Positions 39,223-49,814 of a DNA stretch of 64,000 bases are shown here, in pieces. Within the stretch, counting starts at the first letter, position 1; each line of letters starts with the position of its first letter. This DNA comes from Candidatus Heimdallarchaeota archaeon (lineage in GTDB: Archaea; Asgardarchaeota; Heimdallarchaeia; Heimdallarchaeales; Heimdallarchaeaceae). The position numbers and the translations under genes are program-made. The stretch is taken from the NCBI GenBank assembly GCA_016840095.1, contig JAEOSZ010000024.1, positions 32,001 to 96,000 on the forward strand, written 5' to 3'. Below the pieces are notes generated by a model, which was given only the letters and a program-made list of their open reading frames with translations, made no database searches and was not told the origin of the DNA.

Positions 39223-40536
39223 CTACTTGATATCTTCATTGTATTTTTTTTGTTTAATTGAAAACTTTCTTCTAAGAACAATTAATATCAGAAAACCAGA
39301 AATAGAGACAATGATTACAAATCCATTAGTAGGTTCACATTCAAGAACATCATACTTATGAACATACTGAGCAAGCAACATAGTTATATCAAAACATGCA
39401 TCTCTACCTTCATCCATTCCTTGATTCAAGAAAGTGATCACACCATAAGGAACTGTGGTATTTCCATCGTAATAACCCCAACCTTTTGTGTGAAAAGCCC
39501 AAGAATCACCTTCAGTACCTCCCCAACCGCCCCATTGTATTAGTGGGTCCGTTGGTTCTAACCATGCAGATTTTAGACTAACCATTGTTTGAAAGGTATC
39601 TTCTTCTAAGATACGTGTTCCATTTGAAACACCATTATGTAAGAATACTAGTAGAAATTTTGCTAGATCAAAGATATTAGTTCGTATTCCACCGGCTCCA
39701 TAATTTATTTGGTTATAATGAGGATAGGCTTTGTTCCCTGTAGATTCGGGATCTAATTCAAACATGTAAATATAAGGAATTGCAAGACGTTCTAGCTCAA
39801 AACTGGTATAATTGTACCCAGTACTATCCATCCCCAAAGGATCACAAATATTGTGTTGTAAATAATCCCAAATTGGTTCTCCTGAGATAAGTTGTATAAG
39901 GTAGCCTAAAACATCATATCCAACATTGGAATATTCTCTAGTAGTTCCTGGTTCGTAAGGTGTCCAAGCAATTGGATCGTATAATGAGCCATTAGAAGCC
40001 AGATATCCCTCTATCCAATCAGGATATGGTAACCAATCATAAGGATTTTCCAACCCTAGATCTTGGAGTGCTTCTTCCATTGTTCCAAACCAATAATAAT
40101 CTGATTCTTTACTTAAACCAGATTTATGCTGAAGAAGCATTCTGATGGTTATAGGTGTGTCTGTATAATTAGGATGTCGTAAAGAAAATGGTAAGTAATC
40201 ATTGACATCATCATCTAGTTGAATCAATCCTTGATCATATAATTGGAGAATTGCTGTTGCTGTGAATGTTTTAGTTACGGATCCAAGAGGATAAATAAGA
40301 TCTAGTTCTTGTTGCTCTCCATATCCCTTAGCCCATATAATAGAGTTGTTTCTTATTACAGCAGTAGTTACTGAAGGAATATGTGTTTGAGTCATTATAT
40401 CGTAAACTTCTTCTTCAATAGATGGTTCGAATGGAGGTAAACATTCAGAATCAACATCTGCTTTTGCTGTGATTGGGTAGATTACAAAACTAGTTAGAAG
40501 AAGAATTATAAACAGAAGTTTGTGATTTTTAATCAT
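39223..40536 (-). CDS. Serine hydrolase, beta-lactamase/PBP-like (copy 2)
   Basis: SVTK, LLQHKSG, YSN; near-identical core to 35227-36537. Confidence 0.88.
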   Translation of the reverse strand: MIKNHKLLFIILLLTSFVIYPITAKADVDSECLPPFEPSIEEEVYDIMTQTHIPSVTTAVIRNNSIIWAKGYGEQQELDLIYPLGSVTKTFTATAILQLYDQGLIQLDDDVNDYLPFSLRHPNYTDTPITIRMLLQHKSGLSKESDYYWFGTMEEALQDLGLENPYDWLPYPDWIEGYLASNGSLYDPIAWTPYEPGTTREYSNVGYDVLGYLIQLISGEPIWDYLQHNICDPLGMDSTGYNYTSFELERLAIPYIYMFELDPESTGNKAYPHYNQINYGAGGIRTNIFDLAKFLLVFLHNGVSNGTRILEEDTFQTMVSLKSAWLEPTDPLIQWGGWGGTEGDSWAFHTKGWGYYDGNTTVPYGVITFLNQGMDEGRDACFDITMLLAQYVHKYDVLECEPTNGFVIIVSISGFLILIVLRRKFSIKQKKYNEDIK

Positions 40537-40719
40537 GTATATCAGCTAGTTTTGGGCACTTGAACATTTATAAACAGAGCTAAATCATTAGGATGGAGTT
40601 TTCTTAATTTCCATTTTCAATTATTCTATATTATTTGATGTTAGTTTTTTAAAAACTAAATTGTTAAACCAATGAACATTTAAACAAGTAAATAAAATCT
40701 AGTGTAGTTTTAGTTTAAA

Positions 40720-41622
40720 ATGGAGATTAAAATGAAAAAAGCAGATATAATGTCTATTTTTGGTGTTTTGATTAGTACAGCAATTGGTACTGGAATTGCT
40801 TTTGCTGGAAGTTATGGTGGGATATTGATTGGTAAAATACCTTTATTCGCACTTTGTATCATAATTGTTTTTGCGATTCAATGGATTGCTTTTATACCGG
40901 CTTTCCTATTGAAAACTGAGAAATTCTTTGATTTGACCGGAGCACTAACTTATATTACTGTAATAGTACTCGGAGTTGTTTTGGGTACAGGTTTCACAGT
41001 CAGATCTACAATTATTATGGTTTTAGTAATTATTTGGGCATCTAGACTTGGATTCTTCTTGTTCAGACGTGTTCTGAAAGTAGGAGAAGATAAACGATTT
41101 GAGGAAATCAAGAAATCTTTCTTTAGATTCCTAATGACTTGGACCATTCAAGGTGTATGGGTTACTTTCACTTTAGCTGCTGCACTAGCTACCGTCACAG
41201 CCTTTGAAACTACTCCTTATAGAATCTATGACTGGATTCTCCTTGCAATAGGTGGAGTAATCTGGTTAACAGGTTTCTCATTTGAAGCAATAGCTGATTT
41301 GCAAAAAAATAAATTCAGAGCTAATCCAGCTAATAAAGGGAAATTTATTACATCAGGATTGTGGTCAATTTCTCGACATCCAAATTATTTTGGTGAAATT
41401 GTAATCTGGATAGGTATGGCTTTAATTGCATTACCATCTTTAGTAACTTGGAGATTTATTACTTTGATCTCACCTTTATTCATAGCATTACAATTAACTC
41501 TCATAAGTGGAGTTAATATGTTGGAGAGAAGATCTGATGAGAAATGGGGAGGACAAGAAGATTACGAAGGTTACAAGAAGAAAACTGCTGTATTAATCCC
41601 ATGGTTAAGGTTTAAAAAATAA
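40720..41622 (+). CDS. DUF1295 / steroid 5-alpha-reductase-like membrane protein
   Basis: FFDLTG, WASRLG, EDKRF, EAIADLQK, GLW..SRHPNYFGE. Confidence 0.9.
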   Translation: MEIKMKKADIMSIFGVLISTAIGTGIAFAGSYGGILIGKIPLFALCIIIVFAIQWIAFIPAFLLKTEKFFDLTGALTYITVIVLGVVLGTGFTVRSTIIMVLVIIWASRLGFFLFRRVLKVGEDKRFEEIKKSFFRFLMTWTIQGVWVTFTLAAALATVTAFETTPYRIYDWILLAIGGVIWLTGFSFEAIADLQKNKFRANPANKGKFITSGLWSISRHPNYFGEIVIWIGMALIALPSLVTWRFITLISPLFIALQLTLISGVNMLERRSDEKWGGQEDYEGYKKKTAVLIPWLRFKK

Positions 41623-41689
41623 TCTTCTCTTTTTTTCTTAATATTTAAAAACAACCTATATAAATCCAAACAAAGGATTTGAGCATGAG

Positions 41690-42736
41690 ATGAATTGGAA
41701 GTATTGGAAGAAATTAGGATTAAGATTTCTCATTTTTAATTTGATATTATGGTCTATAATGGCTGCTGGAATTACTCTTGCTTTCGATAGCCCTGGACAG
41801 TACAAGTATAGTGATACTGATTGGGATAATTTCTCATACTCCCCAAACTATAATGAAACTGAGTGGAACATTCTTTTTGATAGTCATAGTCACACCTATT
41901 TCTCAGATGGAAGTTTATCACCTAGACAAAATCTTCTATGGCACATGAGTATGGGATTCAATGCTATGGCATTAACTGATCATAATACATTTGAAGGAAT
42001 CAATGAGATCAGACAAATAGCTAGAACTGAATTCAACGATACTATTAAGGTTCTTATAGGTATTGAGTGGACTTCTGACAAATGTCATTTGAATTTCATC
42101 CTACCACCATATACTTTGGAAGAAGAGTATAATCAATTAGTTACTTTTACTGGATATGCATACACTCCAACTGATCAAGAAGTTCAAGATGCCATAGATA
42201 ATGTTCACTTACTTGGTGGTATTGTGATAGTTAACCATTATCCTTGGTCTGAGGACTACTGTAGAAATCAACCTACACGTGAAACATTTCGGGATTGGGG
42301 AGTAGACTATTTTGAAACTATAAATGAAAATCATTATGATAATGAGTCATATTACTTCAATTTGGATAATGGACTTGGTCAAATTGCTGGAACAGATATG
42401 CATGATCCTGAACCTGTTTATGGTTATACAACTCTCAATGTTTCGGAATTTTCAGAACAAGCTATCTTTGATGAACTAGAAGCTAGAAGAACAGGATTAC
42501 TTTATACAGGTATACCCTCCCCATATGATGTTGAACATCTAGTAAATCCAGTTTACATAGTACTCTATCCCTTGATTAAGATAGGAGAAATGTTTGAAGG
42601 TATGTATTCAGGTGGATCTTTTGGACCTATGCTAACTGTTTTCTTTGCTTATACTTACGGGGGATTTATCGTATACGAAGCTTTGAAGTTCACTATACCT
42701 TGGAGTATTAAAAAATTAAGAAAGGAAAAGACCTAG
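41690..42736 (+). CDS. Membrane-anchored PHP-domain phosphoesterase
   Basis: DSHSHT..SDG, TDHN, GIE, H, NHYP, GTDMH; N- and C-terminal TMs. Confidence 0.85.
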   Translation: MNWKYWKKLGLRFLIFNLILWSIMAAGITLAFDSPGQYKYSDTDWDNFSYSPNYNETEWNILFDSHSHTYFSDGSLSPRQNLLWHMSMGFNAMALTDHNTFEGINEIRQIARTEFNDTIKVLIGIEWTSDKCHLNFILPPYTLEEEYNQLVTFTGYAYTPTDQEVQDAIDNVHLLGGIVIVNHYPWSEDYCRNQPTRETFRDWGVDYFETINENHYDNESYYFNLDNGLGQIAGTDMHDPEPVYGYTTLNVSEFSEQAIFDELEARRTGLLYTGIPSPYDVEHLVNPVYIVLYPLIKIGEMFEGMYSGGSFGPMLTVFFAYTYGGFIVYEALKFTIPWSIKKLRKEKT

Positions 42737-42751
42737 AGTTTCGGATAAATT

Positions 42752-43831
42752 CTATGTCTTGTTATTTTGTTTTCTTTCTGCATCTATTTTTTCCCATTCA
42801 ATGTTAGGAAAAGTGAGTGTCATTCTGGTTCCAACTATTTCTCCCAAACGCTTGATATTTTCAATTCTAAGAGTCAAATTATACCGATCCAACATGGTTT
42901 GTGTTACAGCAACATCAAGTTTCTTAGTATCTAACTCATCTATCTCAAGTATCTCTAATCTAGCATCTTTGGAAAGGATTATTCCTTCAAAATGTAATTT
43001 AATATTGATCCTGTCTTGTTTAGGTTTAGTAACATAAATCTCAACCTCTACCTTATCTTCAGTATATTCCATCATTCGTACAATAAGATTAACAAGAATC
43101 CTGTAGAGGTATTCGTCTCCTAGAACAACTAAGTCCTCCATGTGAGTTATGTCTACTCTAATATGTTTTGCAAAAAAGTTATTTAGATATCTAATAGCAT
43201 GATTCACAAAATCTTCAATTTTCTGATTAGATAAAGATCTATCTTCTTGTAAAAGCAGATTGATATTTGCATTTTGGATTAGATAAATAGATCTAATAGT
43301 TATATCTCTCATCTTTGCTAGAAGTTGCTCAGAAGTATCTGATAGTGATTCTTCTTTAGTTATTGTTTTTCTGAAAAAATCAATATAACCAACTTCTGCA
43401 TGTAAATTATTTAGTAAATCATGCTGGAATAACTCAAAGAGAAACTTTCTTTGAAGAGCTGAATCAATAATATCTTGAATATCTCGGCATATAAGTACAA
43501 TATAATTTTCTTCAATTGATTTGATTACATTTGCGGATATATGAAATGGAATCTCTGTTCTGTTTTTTGTTAAAAACACAAGTCGTTTAGATTGACTTTC
43601 TTTTTCAATTGTGTCTTTCAATAGTTCCAAAAACATTTTTTTATCTTTGATGTATTTCTTTATTTCTGTGTTTTTAATTTCTTGAAGTGTTCTACCTAGA
43701 TACCTACAAGCTTGAATATTCGCATCGTGAATAATACCTTCATTGTCAATCAGATATATCATATCCATACTATTTTGGAAAATGATATCGAAGGTTTCTT
43801 GTATTAATGTTGCATTTTCTTCAGGATTCAT
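42752..43831 (-). CDS. PAS domain + histidine-kinase-like protein with degenerate ATPase domain
   Basis: PAS (DMIYLID..G.I..AN..AC..LG), H-box FQHDLLNNL; N/G1/G2 boxes not conserved. Confidence 0.75.
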   Translation of the reverse strand: MNPEENATLIQETFDIIFQNSMDMIYLIDNEGIIHDANIQACRYLGRTLQEIKNTEIKKYIKDKKMFLELLKDTIEKESQSKRLVFLTKNRTEIPFHISANVIKSIEENYIVLICRDIQDIIDSALQRKFLFELFQHDLLNNLHAEVGYIDFFRKTITKEESLSDTSEQLLAKMRDITIRSIYLIQNANINLLLQEDRSLSNQKIEDFVNHAIRYLNNFFAKHIRVDITHMEDLVVLGDEYLYRILVNLIVRMMEYTEDKVEVEIYVTKPKQDRINIKLHFEGIILSKDARLEILEIDELDTKKLDVAVTQTMLDRYNLTLRIENIKRLGEIVGTRMTLTFPNIEWEKIDAERKQNNKT

Positions 43832-43915
43832 AGGTAATTATCACTTTATATAACACTGATACTAGCATACACCGGATAAAAGCGTTTCGCAGTAACATAT
43901 AAAAAAGTTGGTAAT

Positions 43916-44515
43916 TCAATACCAAACATCTTTTAATTTCAGGAAATAAGCTGCAATATTCGTAACGAAGTGCAACGCAGGAGTTACAATTATTAAAGCG
44001 ACTACATAGAACCATAGATTACTTACACCCCATACAAAAGGTAAAGCAAACAATAACCCAGTTACCATCCAGCTTCCTTGATCATAAAGAGGTAATGCTC
44101 CTCCAGATTGAATATTCATTCTTCTCTTAATGAAAGAACCTAATAAATCTGCAAAATGATCACCTATACACATAAAGAATCCAACATACCAGGGATAGAC
44201 AGGATATCCTGATTTTGTTGGTGTAATTGTAGGTGAATACTTTGTAGCAATCTCAAAAACATTCCATTTTACGGTACAAAGATACCATACCACTACACCT
44301 GCTACAGTTCCAAATATTATTCCAAAAATTATTCCTCTCCATGTTTTATGGTCACCAAAAATTCTTCTCCCATCCTTCCAATTTTTACCTCCATCTACTG
44401 GAACTCCAAGGAAAGGTATGAATTTACTTAGATTGGCAAAGGAATTACAGAAGTATATTGGTGCTCCAAAAACGAGAGCATACCATACTAATAGGAAGAA
44501 AGTACCCGCATCCAT
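43916..44515 (-). CDS. carS: CDP-archaeol synthase (DUF46)
   Basis: P.Y..N, PVDGG, DGRRIFGDHKTWRG, DLLGSFIKRR, P.YDQ, H..N..Y. Confidence 0.92.
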   Translation of the reverse strand: MDAGTFFLLVWYALVFGAPIYFCNSFANLSKFIPFLGVPVDGGKNWKDGRRIFGDHKTWRGIIFGIIFGTVAGVVVWYLCTVKWNVFEIATKYSPTITPTKSGYPVYPWYVGFFMCIGDHFADLLGSFIKRRMNIQSGGALPLYDQGSWMVTGLLFALPFVWGVSNLWFYVVALIIVTPALHFVTNIAAYFLKLKDVWY

Positions 44516-44608
44516 AGAGAGTGCAATACAGATGATGATTAAAAGATTTTTGTATATTTTTTCCTATGAAAATATGATTTAGACCAGTTGAGTTAAAGAA
44601 AAATTAAT

Positions 44609-45559
44609 ATGGTATGCTGTTTTACAACTCTATATAGCACTGTAGAGGTCTATAAATTGAGCATCAAAGGACGACGCAAAATCGATTACGAGTGCAATTT
44701 GTGTAAAAAAACTAGAATTCTCTATGTTCTACCTACTTTACATCAAAGTGTTGATGAAAGAGGGTATGTTGAATATGTAGATATTCATCCATGTGAGGAT
44801 GACAGGTTAAATGCAAATATTCTCTACGTAGACAAAAGCATGGTTGTTCGATCTCAGGTACCAGTGAGAGTAGGTGATAACATGACTGCTCAAAGTATCT
44901 CTGCAATGCAGATTCCTGTTCCAAAGAAAGTTGATTTCAAAACTGCAATAATCGAACCAGCTAAAGATTTCAAATATAAAAATGTCAAATCACTAAAAAT
45001 TACTGATAGATTAAGACAAACCATTTTTCTGCTTGAAGAAAAAGGAGCTGGAAAGAAGCTACAAGTTACTTCTGATCTTGAATTTATCGACATTGAAATC
45101 AAAATTGCCAAAGGAGTTGACATAGACATTGCTGAAGACTGGTTAAAACAACTAGCTTCAATTTTAGAAGCAATTGTTCTTTTAGATGAAGAAATGTTAA
45201 CATTTATGGCACTCTATCTTGATCCAAAAATCTCTAAACCACCTTCTGGAGAAAGCATTATCGAACTTGATATGATTCTTCATGCTAAAAGTTCCTTTCC
45301 TATAGCATCACTGAAATCTTATGCTACATTCAGGAGACAATGGCCTAGAATCAAAAGTGAAAGAAAAGGAACTGATTTTGAATCTTACGAAAAATTGTTA
45401 ACTTATTGCATCGGCAACCAGTACAAGACTCTTCTTGACATTTACTTCAAAGCTGAATCAGCAATGAGTTTTCTAACATATATTGATAGAATAGAAGATA
45501 TGTCAATGTTAGGATTAATCAATATTCGAAAAACAGAATTCTTCACAGTTGATGATTAA
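44609..45559 (+). CDS. Hypothetical protein with N-terminal CxxC...HxC metal-binding motif
   Basis: CNLC..YVDIHPC; true start may be TTG near 44657 after GAGG. Confidence 0.7.
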   Translation: MVCCFTTLYSTVEVYKLSIKGRRKIDYECNLCKKTRILYVLPTLHQSVDERGYVEYVDIHPCEDDRLNANILYVDKSMVVRSQVPVRVGDNMTAQSISAMQIPVPKKVDFKTAIIEPAKDFKYKNVKSLKITDRLRQTIFLLEEKGAGKKLQVTSDLEFIDIEIKIAKGVDIDIAEDWLKQLASILEAIVLLDEEMLTFMALYLDPKISKPPSGESIIELDMILHAKSSFPIASLKSYATFRRQWPRIKSERKGTDFESYEKLLTYCIGNQYKTLLDIYFKAESAMSFLTYIDRIEDMSMLGLINIRKTEFFTVDD

Positions 45560-45602
45560 TTTTCTTCGAAAGAGATAAAAGTAACAATTTTGCAACTATG
45601 TT

Positions 45603-46772
45603 ATGAGCCAACTAGCTGATAGACTCTCTCTTTTTCAAGAATCAGTTATTCGAGAGATGACCAGAAAAGCTATTGAAAATGATGCTATCAATCTTTCGCA
45701 AGGAATGCCTGATTACATCCCTCATGAACAATTAGTTGAAGGGATAAGGGAATCAATCAAAGAAAATGAACATCAATATACAGTTACTTATGGTCGAGGA
45801 GATTTAAGAGAAAAAATTGCTGAGAAATATGTTTCCTTCAATAATATTCTCTACAATTTTGAAGATGAGATTACCGTTACTTGTGGAGCAAGTGAAGCAA
45901 TTGCTAGTAGCATACTAGCTGTTCTTAATCCTGACGATGAAATAATGATTTTATCTCCCTGGTATGAAAATTATGTTCCTATTACCTATCTTGCAGGGGG
46001 AAAGCCTATTTTTGTTGATCTGAATGATGAAGATTTTAGTCTTGATGAAGAAACTATAAAGAAAGCAGTTACACCTAATACCAAAGCAGTAATCATCAAT
46101 ACACCACACAATCCTTCAGGAAAAGTTTTTTCAAAAAATGAATTGAAAACTTTGGCTGACATTTGTACAGATAATAACATACTAGCTATAACTGATGAAA
46201 TCTATGAACATATTATCTATGACAATCTTGAGCATGTAAGCCCTGCTAGTATAGACAATATGTTTGAGAGAACAATCACTATCTCAGGTTTCAGTAAAAC
46301 TTATTCAATAACAGGTTGGAGAATTGGCTATGCATTGGCTGAAAAGAAATTAATGGAAGGAGTGAGGAAAGTTCATGATTACTTGACAATTTGTGCTCCT
46401 TCTCTTTTGCAATATGCTGCACTAAAAACATTTGATTTTCTTCCAGATTATTTTCAAAAATTGAAAGAAAGATACCAAACTAACAGAGATTTCATTGTCT
46501 CTAAGTTGAGGTCATTTGGCTTTAGAATCGTTGAACCAAAAGGTGCATATTATTTACTAGCAGATGTATCTTCTTTTGACATGAATGACAAAGACTTCGC
46601 AGATTTTCTAGTTAAAGATAAGGGAGTTGCTACTGTTCCAGGTTCAAGTTTTTATGAGAAGGCAAATAGGGATGCTAAAGGTACAAATTACATAAGATTC
46701 TCCTTTTCACATAAATTAGAAACTTTGCAAGAAGCTATGTTAAGAATTGAGAAAAGAATAAAAGAAAAATAA
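45603..46772 (+). CDS. PLP-dependent aminotransferase class I/II
   Basis: NLSQG.PD, NTPHNPSG, DEIY, SKTYSITGWRIG, R.SF. Confidence 0.93.
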   Translation: MSQLADRLSLFQESVIREMTRKAIENDAINLSQGMPDYIPHEQLVEGIRESIKENEHQYTVTYGRGDLREKIAEKYVSFNNILYNFEDEITVTCGASEAIASSILAVLNPDDEIMILSPWYENYVPITYLAGGKPIFVDLNDEDFSLDEETIKKAVTPNTKAVIINTPHNPSGKVFSKNELKTLADICTDNNILAITDEIYEHIIYDNLEHVSPASIDNMFERTITISGFSKTYSITGWRIGYALAEKKLMEGVRKVHDYLTICAPSLLQYAALKTFDFLPDYFQKLKERYQTNRDFIVSKLRSFGFRIVEPKGAYYLLADVSSFDMNDKDFADFLVKDKGVATVPGSSFYEKANRDAKGTNYIRFSFSHKLETLQEAMLRIEKRIKEK

Positions 46773-46784
46773 AGAAGGAAGAAA

Positions 46785-48143
46785 CTATTTTCTTCTTCGA
46801 ATTATTGGTAGAATTATTAGAACAGAGAATATCAAATATACCCATGTGAAACCAGGTAATGACCAGGTGCTTCCAGGAGTATAATCTGGATTATCTGAAC
46901 CATCTATCAGTACTGAGGATTCATCTGGTAAAAATACCATTTCAAAGTCAACAAAATCTGGTATTCCAACTGTCAAAGTTCTAGTTATACCTGAAATGAT
47001 GTTAATCTCAAAAGACATTGACCAACCATTTGCATCTCCTTCTGTGAATTCAAAAGCAACTGTCATATAGTCTCCTGCTGTTGAAATGACTGTGTCATTA
47101 ATTCCTGGATCATTGAAATCTCTTGCATTGTGGATAGCTTCCATATTAAGTAGAGTTGCATTATATAATGTACAACTAAGAGGATTTGCCATTGTTAACC
47201 AGATTGTAAACTGAGCTCGAGTCATTTGTTCCATGCTGACAGGTTCATCTTCAAAAAACACTTCGAAGAAACTAATATATTCATTTCCTGTATAATCACC
47301 ACCATAATATTCCATAGGATCTGTAGGTATAGTGCTATACTCGAATGAGAACACATCACCAACTGCTAAAGTTTTATTATTTACTTCCATTTCTCCTTCA
47401 CTAGCAGGTGCATAAGTTATCTCAGTGTATTCCCAAGCAAGAACTGTTCCATCAACAAGACTTGGGTGGAAGTTGAGTGTATTGGTTGTATCTGTTCCTT
47501 CATCATCAATAGTTGATTCCCAGATATCTAGTTGGCCAAACATTTCACCAAAATCATCTTCAATGAAGAAATCGGCAACAATTCCAGTTTGATTGTTCAC
47601 TGTTATAATGAAAGAATCTATTAAATCATTATAGATACTAATTTGAACGTAGTTACCACCAGTCATTGCATAACTAATTGATGTTATGTTTGGATCTAAT
47701 GCTGCTCTGTGTTCTACAAATTGTGTGATGTTGTATGTTTCTCCAGAAACAGGTAGAAACATGAATGGGAGTATCATATACTGAATAGCTAAAGATGGTT
47801 CGTCCTCATCATTTAGATCATATAATGAAACCTCATTATAATCTACGTAAAGTTTGAAGAAGTTTGGAGGATGACCAGAATCATATACATCATCATATAA
47901 TGTAGGTATAGTATCGTTTATCTCCATAGCTAAAACACTGCCTAGAATAATGTCTACTCCTCCTAGAGTTGGGGGATCAGCAGGATCGTGTAGAGCTTGA
48001 TGTACTATTCTCCAAGCAATAACTTCGTCATCTAAACTTGTATGCCATACAATAACATCTGATACTGCTTGAGTTTGCAATGGGATTAAAATTCCCGCAA
48101 GAATTAATGTGGTTATTAATGTAAAAATTGTTTTTCTTTTCAT
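46785..48143 (-). CDS. Acidic secreted surface protein with two internal repeats and PGF-like C-terminal sorting signal
   Basis: Signal peptide from MKRK; repeats WHTSL.D..IAW and FHPSL.DG..LAW; LPGF + TM + RRRK. Confidence 0.78.
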   Translation of the reverse strand: MKRKTIFTLITTLILAGILIPLQTQAVSDVIVWHTSLDDEVIAWRIVHQALHDPADPPTLGGVDIILGSVLAMEINDTIPTLYDDVYDSGHPPNFFKLYVDYNEVSLYDLNDEDEPSLAIQYMILPFMFLPVSGETYNITQFVEHRAALDPNITSISYAMTGGNYVQISIYNDLIDSFIITVNNQTGIVADFFIEDDFGEMFGQLDIWESTIDDEGTDTTNTLNFHPSLVDGTVLAWEYTEITYAPASEGEMEVNNKTLAVGDVFSFEYSTIPTDPMEYYGGDYTGNEYISFFEVFFEDEPVSMEQMTRAQFTIWLTMANPLSCTLYNATLLNMEAIHNARDFNDPGINDTVISTAGDYMTVAFEFTEGDANGWSMSFEINIISGITRTLTVGIPDFVDFEMVFLPDESSVLIDGSDNPDYTPGSTWSLPGFTWVYLIFSVLIILPIIRRRK

Positions 48144-48305
48144 AATTATTGAACCCCTGTAATTCACTGTCAAAGTCCTTTTTCCAGCTAATAAATCTAT
48201 TGCTCATTGCAAGTAGAAGTAGAATTAGGGAATTAAGAATTTAGAATCAATAAACTTACAACCAGTAGACGAAATACTTATCTGTGTCTCATTACTCAAT
48301 TCTTC

Positions 48306-48797
48306 ATGAATACTAAAGAAGAAATCTCTGTTGAGATAATAAAGGGAAAAGTAACCCGAATTCACTTGTTAATGTTTATAGTGAACCTTGTAATTCCAAT
48401 CATTCTAGACCATTATGCAATAGTAAGAGATTCGATGTTTCTTAACCCAATTATTATTGCATTTAATCCTGATCTCTTTGATGTTAATCCAGCTTTCAAT
48501 TACAATATCTCAATGATTCTTTCAATAGTATTAGTAGCTGTGTACATTATTGTTGCGTTAGTGATTTCATTGATCAAATCTTTTGAATTCAGTTACTTGA
48601 ATGTAACAGCTATGATATCTGCACTGTTATATCTTCTTTATTTCTTTGTCTTCCTTTATCCTCCTTTAGGAGGACTACATCTGTATATACTCTTTATTGC
48701 ATATATTGGCAGATATTTTGTTGTTCTTGGTGGAGTGCTCTACTTGGTTTTGTTGATGTGGCAAACAAAAAGAGAAGTAGAAGAATTTTATGAGTAG
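48306..48797 (+). CDS. Hypothetical membrane protein (about 4 TM)
   Basis: Hydrophobicity pattern. Confidence 0.7.
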   Translation: MNTKEEISVEIIKGKVTRIHLLMFIVNLVIPIILDHYAIVRDSMFLNPIIIAFNPDLFDVNPAFNYNISMILSIVLVAVYIIVALVISLIKSFEFSYLNVTAMISALLYLLYFFVFLYPPLGGLHLYILFIAYIGRYFVVLGGVLYLVLLMWQTKREVEEFYE

Positions 48798-48854
48798 ATG
48801 AATTCATAAGTATACTTTTTTAAATATCTCTAAGAGGAATATACCTCGTATAGC

Positions 48855-49814
48855 ATGAGTACCACCTCAAACTCTGAAGTCATTGTTGTTCAAAACTTAA
48901 CTAAAGTCTATGGTAAAGAATATACTATACCTGGAAGGGAGAGTGCAAAAAGATTCAATAAAATTGGGAGGAAAGTTATAGCTGTAAAGAATGCTAACTT
49001 CATTGTAAGAAAGGGAGAAATATATGGTTTTCTTGGACCAAATGGTTCTGGAAAAACAACTACTATAAGGTGTATACTCGATTATCTCCATATCAAAACT
49101 GGTTCCATTTCAGTTCTTGGTTTAGATTATCACAAAGATAAAATAGAGATTAGAAAGAAAATTGGATACATACCTGGAGATTTAGCTTTATATGACAATT
49201 TTACAGGTAATGAACTGATCAATTTTTATGGAAAATTTCGTTCAATAGATACTAAATTTCTAGAAGAGCTTAAACAAAATTTCAAAGTAGATTTAACATT
49301 GAAGATTAGAAATCTCTCATCGGGAAATAGACAACAAGTTGGGTTAATAGCAGCTCTTGCATCTAAACCTGAGTTACTATTGCTAGATGAACCCACTTCT
49401 GGTTTGGATCCATTGATGACAGCTAGATTTCACAGTGTATTGAAGAAGCTTCGAGTTGAGGGAATAACAATCTTCCTTAGCTCTCACGATCTTGCAGAAG
49501 TTCAATCTATTTGTGATAGAGTTGCCATTATAAAAGAAGGTGAAATTGTTCTTATTGAAGCAATAAGCGATTTAAAGAGAAAATTCTTACAAAATGTTAT
49601 AGTTGAATTTGATTCTTCAAACTGTCCAGATTCTGAGTTTTTTGATAAATTTGAATTCATCATTAATATCCAAAAAATCAACGATTACTCTTTCAAATTA
49701 CATATCAAGGAAAATATTGATGAACTCATTAGACTCCTTACTCAATTCAAGATAAGCAGGTTATCAGTTGAGGATGCTACTTTAGAGGAAATCTTTCTAC
49801 ATTATTATGAATAA
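48855..49814 (+). CDS. ABC-2 type exporter ATP-binding protein
   Basis: GPNGSGKT, LSSGN, LDEPTSGLD, SSH. Confidence 0.92.
   Translation: MSTTSNSEVIVVQNLTKVYGKEYTIPGRESAKRFNKIGRKVIAVKNANFIVRKGEIYGFLGPNGSGKTTTIRCILDYLHIKTGSISVLGLDYHKDKIEIRKKIGYIPGDLALYDNFTGNELINFYGKFRSIDTKFLEELKQNFKVDLTLKIRNLSSGNRQQVGLIAALASKPELLLLDEPTSGLDPLMTARFHSVLKKLRVEGITIFLSSHDLAEVQSICDRVAIIKEGEIVLIEAISDLKRKFLQNVIVEFDSSNCPDSEFFDKFEFIINIQKINDYSFKLHIKENIDELIRLLTQFKISRLSVEDATLEEIFLHYYE

Larger units (their letters stand above)
35227..40585. repeat. Direct gene duplication (about 35227-36590 and 39223-40585) including upstream sequence
   Basis: Identical runs such as gcccaagaatcaccttcagtacctccccaaccgcccca in both copies; similar upstream segments acatt(t)ataaa.agagctaaat. 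Confidence 0.85.

Noticed and set aside
35227-40585. Composite transposon
   Set aside because: The flanking repeats are hydrolase genes; no transposase, terminal inverted repeats or target duplication seen
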